Shown: one piece after another, positions 55,914-64,000 of the stretch
How the letters are laid out: each line of letters opens with the position of its first letter
Numbering within the stretch: position 1 is the stretch's first letter
Source of the DNA: a virus
Taxonomy: Duplodnaviria > Caudoviricetes
Reading direction: 5' to 3' (one strand)
Length of the DNA: 64,000 nucleotides
IMG/VR virus record: IMGVR_UViG_3300035208_007487
Notes under the pieces: model-generated
Database searches by the model: none
What the model saw: the letters and a program-made list of their open reading frames with translations, nothing else
What the model was told of the DNA's origin: nothing
Made by a program: the position numbers and the translations under genes

Positions 55914-58409
55914 ATGTCATTTTTGCTAATATTGGGAATAAGTGGCTGGATATTAAATATCCTATTTTATGTCATATTTTGGAAAATAATAGATAAAGAA
56001 GAATTTGATATTAATGATTTAGGAGGAGAATGCATTCTTCATATTTTAGTATTAATACCATTTTTATTTATAATAGGATATTTGTTCGCTTGTGCATTGT
56101 TTGAATTAAGCATAGGAGATGACGAATGAAAGAAGCCGTATATTCTGTTAAATTTTTCCGTCTAAAAAATGGAATTTTAACTGGTCCTAGCCAAGGATAC
56201 AAATACACCAAACCGTCTAATTTTGGGGAGTTTGGAAGATGGCATACTATGGGTAAAAACGATGAAGATCCTGGCATATGCACTTGTGATAAAGGATTTC
56301 ACGCTCCTATATTAGAGTCTATAGAATATTGGAAAAACAATTATTATTATGAAGCAGATAAAATGCCTATTAAAGCATATATTGTACAATTAGGGGAATT
56401 TTGCTCATATGAAATTGATCCACTATTTAGTGGGAAAATAGCTTGTCAAAGAATTAGATTAATTAGAGAATTAAAGGGATTTAGTTTATGCAAGGCTGCT
56501 ATTAATTATTTAAACAAAGAATATAATTTAATAAGTGATAAATTAATTAGCGAATGTATTGCAAAGTATGGCAAATTTGACTATATTGACTATAAAGAGG
56601 CTAAGTGATGATACGAGGAATTAAAATATTAGATGAAAGTTGTACCAGTTTATTATTTAAATATAAATTTGGATTTGATCTACTTAATCATACGTTAGGA
56701 TATCAAACTTGGGGCCATACTGTTAAATGCGGAGAATGGGGATTTCATGCTATGGCCCGAGATGTTAGTAATTATTATTTGTATAAAAAGATTTCTAGCA
56801 AAATTAAAAATCGAGCATTTATTGTAGAAATGACTGATGCTCTTGATTATGATTACGATTTAAAAATAATGGCAACTAGCTATATTAAATTTATATATGA
56901 ATTTGAACCATCTTGTTTATTAGATAAGGCAATTTTCAATAAAATATGTGATAAATTTAATGTAATTTCTTCTAAAGATTTCCCAACAAAAGGCATAATG
57001 TAATGGCTAAAGCTATAAAATTTTTCAAGAATAACGGTGGATTTATTACTAGCCCGCATACTGGTTTAGCTTATGTTCCAGGTAATTTATATCGTACTTC
57101 TTTACCATTAGTGATGTGCGCAAATGGATTTCATTTTCCAAGCAATTTACTTGGAATAGAAAAATGGGGATTAAACTATTATACTAGTCATTTAACAAGC
57201 TGGATAATTGAAATTAGTGGAGCTATTATAGAAGACGATATTTATAATAAATTTGCAGTTCAAAATATGAAATTAATTGAAGAAGTGTCAATTACAATTA
57301 GATCATTTGATCGAAGAAATTCTCTAAGAGAATTAAAAAGCACCTTAAGAAATAATCATCCAGATTTAATATATTTTAATAGGAAATTTAGAAGCACTTT
57401 ATTATCAGTACCCGAAAAGCAGTGTTATTTAATAAAGGATTAATAATGTCAATAGCAAAATTAAATAAATTATGCTCATACTTATTATGGGATGATACTC
57501 ATCTGGACCGTATTAATTTTCATTTGCCTAATGATGGAAATAATCATTTAACATTTTTTATAGAAAAAGGTTTGCATGACTGCCGAATATGTATTAAGAT
57601 TAAACGCATATCAGATGCTAAGATTAGAATATACCCAAAACAATTGCTAGAAATTACTAATTTTGGAATCAATATTGATGCTATAAAAAATATGATTAGA
57701 ATATTATCTGATTGGGATTCATTTGATATATGTCAAAAGGATCTTAAAAATTTTAATTATGATTACACTGGATTACCTAACTACGAAGGAGATTCTAATG
57801 AATGAATTTACCACAGAAAAGCCTCATACTAAACTATTAGCCTTAAAAAAAGCATTACATGCATTAGGTTTTAAGTGTGAATTTTGGCCTGTTAATTTTG
57901 CAGATGGAACCCAAGGTCATTCTATTCACGTATTAGCTCCTAAGAGCAATACTACCCCAAATATGAAATCTCAATTACTTGAAGATACTTCTATGTTTTC
58001 AATTAGTGTATTATTAGATGGAACTGTTAAAGATTATGATGATAATGGCTTGTCTATTTTATTTAATGAAGATCTTTCCCCTAAATCCTTATCTCAAGCC
58101 ACTATTATTGAAGGGATTCCGCATATCCAGAGTGTGATTTTGGATAGATTAGTAACCGCACTTGTACCAGAATTTGCTTGGGTTAGTATTCAAGCTAATG
58201 AATTAATTAGTAAATTTGCTTGTTGTAAAGATCCAATAAAAGTGAGAAAGATTATTAATTCTCTTATTAATAATGTATTTACTTCAAGTACTTGTGAAAG
58301 CGCTAGTGAATGGGGATTTAATGATACTTGTGTAAGAGATAGTATGTGTGAGGATATTGATAATAAGTTTGAATATGTTAAAGAAGTTATTGAAAAATAT
58401 GCGGAATAA
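55914..58409 (+). CDS. operon with three C..GFH (DUF7666-like) paralogs (56126-56608, 56605-57003, 57003-57443) and hypotheticals
   Basis: CDKGFHA, CGEWGFHA, CANGFHF followed by [IV][VI][EQ]...K...[RK][LF]I.E. Confidence 0.65.
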
Positions 58410-58419
58410 AGGAATCATA

Positions 58420-58547
58420 ATGAATAGGATAGTTAATACAAATTCAGCAACTTTATAATTATATACTCCATGATAATATTCTTTACTTAATATTATGCTA
58501 TTTGGAATAGCCATTTCATATAAAAAACCATTATATGCAATCTTCAT
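58420..58547 (-). pseudogene. truncated tagged ART-like gene relic
   Basis: TATAAATA-N6-ATG, MKIAYNGFLYE tag, YYHG motif; the ORF then runs antisense into the convergent gene ending at 58409. Confidence 0.6.
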
Positions 58548-58584
58548 GCTTACTATTTATATTACTATAATATATAATTAAAAT

Positions 58585-59232
58585 ATGAATCCAGATATAT
58601 TAGAAGAAGAAATATTATCAAAAACCACTAGAATTATTATGAATAAATTAGATGAGGCTAAAATATGTAAAAGAATAAAAATTGGAAAAATACCAAAAAA
58701 TCAAATAACTAGAATGATAACAAGTACTATATCAATGGAACTACTGCAAGACTTAACTTGTTTTCATGGTATTAATATGGATATTTCTGAAACTGTAACT
58801 TATGATATTTTGTATCAAGTGTATTGTGATCTTATTAAGTTCATTAAAGAAAAAGCAAATGTACTTAATAAAGATTATTATCCAACAGCAGACGGGGCAT
58901 TAGCTCGTATGTATGAATTATTGCATAAAGGAGATATTGTCATTAGCCCTTCCATCCCAACTATCCTAAATTTAAAATACAAAAGAATAAACGACTATAC
59001 ATTACTAGATATTGAAACAAATAAATTAATGTATACTTCACCAAATATTAATGAACCATTAACTATAATAAGTGCTCCTAATGATTTAACTATTAATATA
59101 GAAAGCATTTCTGATGAATTGAATATCAGAAAGGAAGACTTTTCTCCCCTATATACAATAAAGCTAACGTATTCATTATATACTAACTACGAATCTCTAG
59201 AGTCTTATATTTTATCTAATCCATGTGATTAA
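58585..59232 (+). CDS. divergent partial homolog of T4-type major capsid protein gp23/gp24
   Basis: TRMITSTISMELLQDLTCFHGINMD resembles gp23 SRQLKAAYSIELAQDLRAVHGMD (recalled from memory). Confidence 0.55.
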   Translation: MNPDILEEEILSKTTRIIMNKLDEAKICKRIKIGKIPKNQITRMITSTISMELLQDLTCFHGINMDISETVTYDILYQVYCDLIKFIKEKANVLNKDYYPTADGALARMYELLHKGDIVISPSIPTILNLKYKRINDYTLLDIETNKLMYTSPNINEPLTIISAPNDLTINIESISDELNIRKEDFSPLYTIKLTYSLYTNYESLESYILSNPCD

Positions 59233-59244
59233 TAAATACCTAAT

Positions 59245-60291
59245 ATGAAGCTGCTATTTAAGGGATTTATCTACGAATCTCAACAAGTCAAAATTAAGTA
59301 CATTGAACCAGGAACTGAATTATATCATGGAACAGGAGAATCTATCAATGGTAATTTAGGTATTGGTGACACTGATAAAATATTATGGTTAGCTGATAAT
59401 ACGGCAATTGCCCAATCATATATTCATTGTTCACTAAAAACAATGATATATTCTAAATCATTAATAGCTCCATTAAATAAAAAAGAAACAACTTTAGCTA
59501 AAATCCAAAAACAATTAGGTATTATTTTTAATATTGAATCATATGATTCTAATGGAAATCCTATTAAGTATAGTATTGTTAAACCGGATAGCTTTAATTC
59601 ATCACATGAGAATAACAAAAAAACATATGAAACAAAGCTAAAACCACTATCTGATGAAATAAAAACAACTAAACATGAACTAGATAAGGTAAATGCCGAA
59701 ATAGTCAAATACTTAAAAGATAAATCATATAAAATAAATACGCAAGAACTAGATTCAAAATACATGAACTTGTCAGCTAAATTGGAGGAATTAAATAAAA
59801 AATATTCTAAAATCCAATCTTCAAATCCAGATCCAACCCAAAGTAAAATAAAATACGTAGATGATAAATTAAAAGAATATGGATATACTGGAGACTATCA
59901 AAATAAATATGATGGATCAATATACAATCTATACCTAGATGAAGATGATAATCTTCTACCTTATGATCATCAAGATATGGGAAAATTATATATCGTTAAA
60001 CCAAAAAGAAGACTCAAATTTTTAGATATGTCTAGCGGAATATCAGATGAAGATTACTTGCTTTATAATGATCTTGAATTATTGAGAAGAACAGAAAAAC
60101 AAGGATACGATGGAATTATAATTGATGATATAGCGCAGCATGATAAATTAGGAAATGTTCCCCATATTAGCTATGGTGTGTTTAAAAAAACAATCCCAGA
60201 TCTGGAAATTGAATCTATTAATGCTTGCCACCCTAAAGAAATAAAAAATGAACCAACCTCAGAGTATTCTAAATATAAAGAATCAAAATGA
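59245..60291 (+). CDS. tagged putative virion-internal protein, ART-like domain split by a coiled-coil insert
   Basis: MKLLFKGFIYE tag; LYHGT...LWLAD...AQSY; GKLY; GYDGIIIDD; TAAATA-N6-ATG. Confidence 0.72.
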   Translation: MKLLFKGFIYESQQVKIKYIEPGTELYHGTGESINGNLGIGDTDKILWLADNTAIAQSYIHCSLKTMIYSKSLIAPLNKKETTLAKIQKQLGIIFNIESYDSNGNPIKYSIVKPDSFNSSHENNKKTYETKLKPLSDEIKTTKHELDKVNAEIVKYLKDKSYKINTQELDSKYMNLSAKLEELNKKYSKIQSSNPDPTQSKIKYVDDKLKEYGYTGDYQNKYDGSIYNLYLDEDDNLLPYDHQDMGKLYIVKPKRRLKFLDMSSGISDEDYLLYNDLELLRRTEKQGYDGIIIDDIAQHDKLGNVPHISYGVFKKTIPDLEIESINACHPKEIKNEPTSEYSKYKESK

Positions 60292-60362
60292 AAATAGTAT
60301 ATAATGCCTTTTAATATGAAAGTATAGACAATCTACCATTCCCACCTAAAGGATCTATACCT
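60288..60362 (+). pseudogene. decayed copy of the 5' end of 12612..13118
   Basis: MKIVYNAF*YESIDNLPFPPKGSIP; TATGAAAGTATAGACAATCTACCATT identical to the 12612 gene. Confidence 0.85.
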
Positions 60363-60488
60363 ACAGCCCATATTCCAATTTTTTCTACTTTTAAAGGCAT
60401 CAAAGATCAGCTAGATAGTTTTACTCAACCTGTTGGATTGATTTGGGTAATTGCTGCATATGATTCAATTAACCATATTATATTAATG

Positions 60489-60934
60489 GGTTCGTAGCAG
60501 CACATTAATCTCTAAATAAAAGTATGCAAAGTTATGTAAAAAGGATATAAATTTGCATATTTTTAATTTTAATGAAAAAATAAGATATTTGCAGTAATTT
60601 TTTGTTATACTTAATATTAGATGAAGAGGCGGTTGTAAGACCGCCACATCAAGCAAAAACCACGCTTGATGATTCAACATCTGATTGTTGGCCAATGGCC
60701 AACAGCCCCGACTAGAAATAGTCAAAGAGTTGTGTAAATACAACAATTGTACTTGAAAAACAGTACTGGATACGGGAAGTTCTCCCGGAATCCGGCTTTG
60801 CCTAGGCAAAGCCTAACGCTTGCAGAGATCGGAGGTTTCAGTTTGGTGAAAGTCAAACAGTGCGGGTCGTTGAAGCAAGAAATCAAAAGTACAAAATCAG
60901 GCTTGCCTAGTTTTGCACACTTTTGGTGGAACGG
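60489..60934 (+). mobile_element. non-autonomous IS607-like mini-element carrying a stand-alone omegaRNA-like scaffold
   Basis: GG-bounded (TGGG|TTCGTAGCAG ... GGTGGAACGG); 60771-60885 is homologous to the 3' end of TnpB 52036; extended -10 TGTTATACT at 60603; no TnpA or TnpB ORF. Confidence 0.7.
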
Positions 60935-60986
60935 TTATCTTCCCATTTTATGATTAGTTTAATTTCACTCATGTTATCTCCTATTC

Positions 60987-61740
60987 TTATTTAATTAAAT
61001 ATTTATTTTTACCATTGGAATCAACATATTCCGTAGTAAAATTCGTATGATAGCATGTACGATAATGTTTATTAAACTTAGGAATATAATCTTTTAATTC
61101 TTGAGAAGTATGTATTGGTAATTCATTAATCTTTAAATTAGGATAAGAATAATATGTATATGGAGTAGCATTGTTTTGCATATATTTCACTAATCGAATT
61201 GGTTCTTCAATTATATTTTTCACAATTAATCCTTTATGCTGAATAGTTAGCTGCAATGGTTCTTTTATTAAGTCCAAATAAATTGAAAATACTTGGGCGA
61301 TCTTTCAAGGTTAGTAAATCATCATAATTAGCAACTCCAGCAGCTTTAGCCTTCGTAATAATATTAGCAATATATCTATCAGTAATCAGTGCAGAGTACT
61401 TAGACTCAAGTTGGCTAATGAATTTCATATTTTGGCAAGAAAGTTTAATTTTATTCCCTTCAATTTCATCATACTCATCAATAAAGTTAACGTCTAGCAC
61501 TCCACTTACTTCAACTAAATAAGCATCCAATTTAAGATCTCCCCAAAATTGAATACCTTCAATTGGAACTGCATGATATCCATACTTGCAGTTTTCAACT
61601 TTTAATCCCAAAAATTTAGAATATTTACGGCTAGGCAAATTATTTAAATCTAAATCATCATAACCGCATAGTTGGTATGGAGCATACCCGTTATGTAAAA
61701 ATTTAACAAGTTTTATTGGTTGTCTAGTATATATTTTCAT
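60987..61740 (-). CDS. two related hypothetical genes (61234-61740 with C.YGYHA motif; 60987-61277)
   Basis: Shared PI[KR]LVK...[AT]PY motif. Confidence 0.6.
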
Positions 61741-62585
61741 CGGAACTCCTGCAAATACTGTTTATTGAAAGTAGGAATAGTTATTTTAGGCAAAGGCTCT
61801 AATCCAGTTCTAGCTAATTTCCAATAATTTAATGTGGTTGGGTCAGGTTGGAAATTCAAATTTTTGCATCTTGTTAGTATAATATCAAATACTTTAGATG
61901 CTTTATTTTCACCGAGTAGATAAAAAGTAGATTTAATAATTCGAGTAATTCTTAGATGATTATGATCGTGCATTACTGCCCATTTACTAGTTCTATTATA
62001 ATAATCCAATAATTTATCTAACCCATTTAGGAAATTTGCAATTGCATCTGAGGAATCTTTAATTTGCTTTTCTACTTCAGGTGTTAAGACTGGAACAACG
62101 AAATTAAATAAGCTAGCTTCTCTTAGTGGAAATATCCATTGAATATAATCATGGCATCTTTCTAAATTACGATCACTGAATCGCATAATATCTGAAAAAA
62201 ATCTGCCTTCATCATTTTTAACTTTATCACTAAGAAAATCACATAGATTTACTGTAGATGGAAGTAATGGTACAAAATCTCCAAAAACATCTTCATAATC
62301 AAGCGGAACTGAGGGAAGCAATTCATCTTTAATTTTTAATATTTCATTTGGATTAAATGTAGATATCATTGAAGAGTTACAATAAACATATCTATTCTTT
62401 TTAATACTATTTGCTATCCTTTTTTGTTCACTAGCCATAGGCATAATTGAAAAGAAAGCTTTGAAGTGATCATATAAAAATAACCACTCTGTTGCACTAA
62501 GAGTATCATGAAACCACATATTGCAAAATTCTGAATAATAAAATTTGTCAGCTAATATTTCTTTAGGGTTAAGTTTTTTTGTCAT
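61737..62585 (-). CDS. OGFr (opioid growth factor receptor) conserved-domain protein
   Basis: LERCHDYIQWIFPL.E.S.FN..P.LT...HNHLRITRIIKS. Confidence 0.85.
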   Translation of the reverse strand: MTKKLNPKEILADKFYYSEFCNMWFHDTLSATEWLFLYDHFKAFFSIMPMASEQKRIANSIKKNRYVYCNSSMISTFNPNEILKIKDELLPSVPLDYEDVFGDFVPLLPSTVNLCDFLSDKVKNDEGRFFSDIMRFSDRNLERCHDYIQWIFPLREASLFNFVVPVLTPEVEKQIKDSSDAIANFLNGLDKLLDYYNRTSKWAVMHDHNHLRITRIIKSTFYLLGENKASKVFDIILTRCKNLNFQPDPTTLNYWKLARTGLEPLPKITIPTFNKQYLQEFR

Positions 62586-63971
62586 ATAGAAGTAGCTCCG
62601 TTATCCTTTGTATATTTAAAGTTACCATATTCTGGATGTTCTGTTAAATATTCGTTAATATTGACTTCTACTGAACTATTGATTTTCAAATCATGCCCAA
62701 TAGATATTTTATTGAAATTAGGTATAGCTGAATGTTTGGTTAATAATTCTCTAAAAGTAATATTATTATATAAAAATAATGTTTTACCTTTTTTAGTTAT
62801 AAAGAATTCTCGCCAATAATTATTATTTTCATCATCATCTTCCCAATCAATAATTACAAATAAATCTACATCTTTTTGGTATAGAACAGTTAAAGGGCCA
62901 TCAAACCAAAGAATATCCATTACATATTCTCCAAAAGGCGATGCATTCATTTCTTATACTCCAAATATTTTGTTAAACCAACTAGATTTCTGCTTTGGCT
63001 CCGAAGTAGTTAGAATTGCAGATTCATCTTCAGCAATTTTTCTTTTAAATTCTGAATATGATTTGGAATCAGAATATTTCATCTTACTCTTATATCGTTG
63101 AAATAGTTCTTCTAATAATTTTGCTTTATTGGGCTTTTTTACAGGATCTATCTTTCTAGTATCAACATAATCAATAGGCTCATTCCCTTCGTCCCATTTC
63201 TTCACATAGATATTTTTAATATTCACACTTAAAGCTTTCTTTTTATTTTTGTACCAAAATGTATTATAGTTCTAGTTCCATCTGCAAAATCTGTTAAATC
63301 AGTATCACATTCAGGGCAATCGTCAGATGGAACTTTTCCTTTAGCTATGCAATAATCTGATCTATGATCTTGACCACAGTGATTACAACGAATTATTTCG
63401 ATATTATTGGGCAAGAAAAGCCTTAAATTCTTTTATTTTAGATAATCTTCCTTTTAAATATGATTCATGTATTTTTTCTTCAAATAATTCTTTAAATTTA
63501 TTTAAAGGAATATTCTTAATAACAAGATCAAGTAAATAATCATCAATTATTTCATATTCTTTATTTTCAATAAGTCGGCTAAGTTTAATACCTTCTATAG
63601 TATTTTTAAGTATACTAAAACCACTTCCTAATTCTGTATAAACAATCCAATATGATTTAGAATTTTGAGAAACACTGCTTTTAATTGGAAGACCCATATT
63701 AATAGAGCTATTTAATGTATCGCCACTTCCAATGGTAAAATCATCCCACATTTATTGTCTCCTGATATTTTGAACTTGTAAGTTTTACTTGTGAGTTGGA
63801 TTTTCTAATAGATTCTAAGGATCTGGATATTTGCTCAATAGTAAATTTGTTTAAATATTCAAATTCACCGTAGCATAAAACTGTCAAAACTACTAAAGTT
63901 TCTTTACTAATAGTGAAAAGTAAATAGTTAGATTTCAAATAATAATTATGCCGATTCTTTTTGATATCCAT
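62582..63971 (-). CDS. five small hypothetical genes
   Basis: ORF track, closely packed. Confidence 0.6.
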
Positions 63972-64000
63972 TTGCAGATGTTTTTCATCAATAAATGGAG

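Noticed and set aside
58284-58419. C-terminal half of ORF 58284-58547 as genuine protein
   Set aside because: Overlaps the convergent gene ending at 58409 and reads like antisense sequence; treated as run-on from a truncated gene.
60483-60953. ORFs 60483-60809 and 60747-60953, or an IStron group I intron
   Set aside because: The ORFs lie over hairpin-rich omegaRNA-like sequence (60747 resembles a TnpB tail only), and no P7 R/S elements were recognised.
1-64000. Stop-codon reassignment, or a diversity-generating retroelement
   Set aside because: Known proteins are full length in code 11 and use all three stops. No reverse transcriptase or adenine-specific TR/VR pair was seen.

Overview
AT-rich segment of a large tailed (jumbo-type, probably T4-related) bacteriophage genome, standard genetic code. 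It falls into three zones. (i) 1-14.6 kb and about 51-64 kb hold mixed accessory and late genes. These include two TnpB nucleases, an orphan omegaRNA-like mini-element, a divergent gp23-like capsid fragment, and at least 7 proteins (plus 1 relic) that share an 11-residue N-terminal tag MK[IL]x[YF][NK][GN][FYC][LI]YE. The tagged proteins carry ADP-ribosyltransferase-like cargo domains and are expressed from TAAATA-N6-ATG leaderless late-type promoters. (ii) About 15.1-35.3 kb is a minus-strand early/host-takeover region. It has about 20 sigma70-type promoters, 8 copies of an ~80-bp intergenic element, GC-rich paralogous genes, two sigma factors (a third lies at 3.5-4.2 kb), a UvrD helicase, tRNA-Lys, and a group I intron-containing tRNA-Leu next to a free-standing LAGLIDADG gene. 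It also has two aberrant tRNA-like genes and several ORF-free transcription units (candidate ncRNAs). (iii) 35-51 kb is a dense minus-strand run of small hypothetical, lipoprotein and secreted genes with DenV, an HNH endonuclease, a RecD/Dda-like helicase and a degenerate DEDD exonuclease. The best candidate for an undescribed system is the tagged, virion-packaged ART effector family. All family assignments come from motif recognition by eye, not from database searches.
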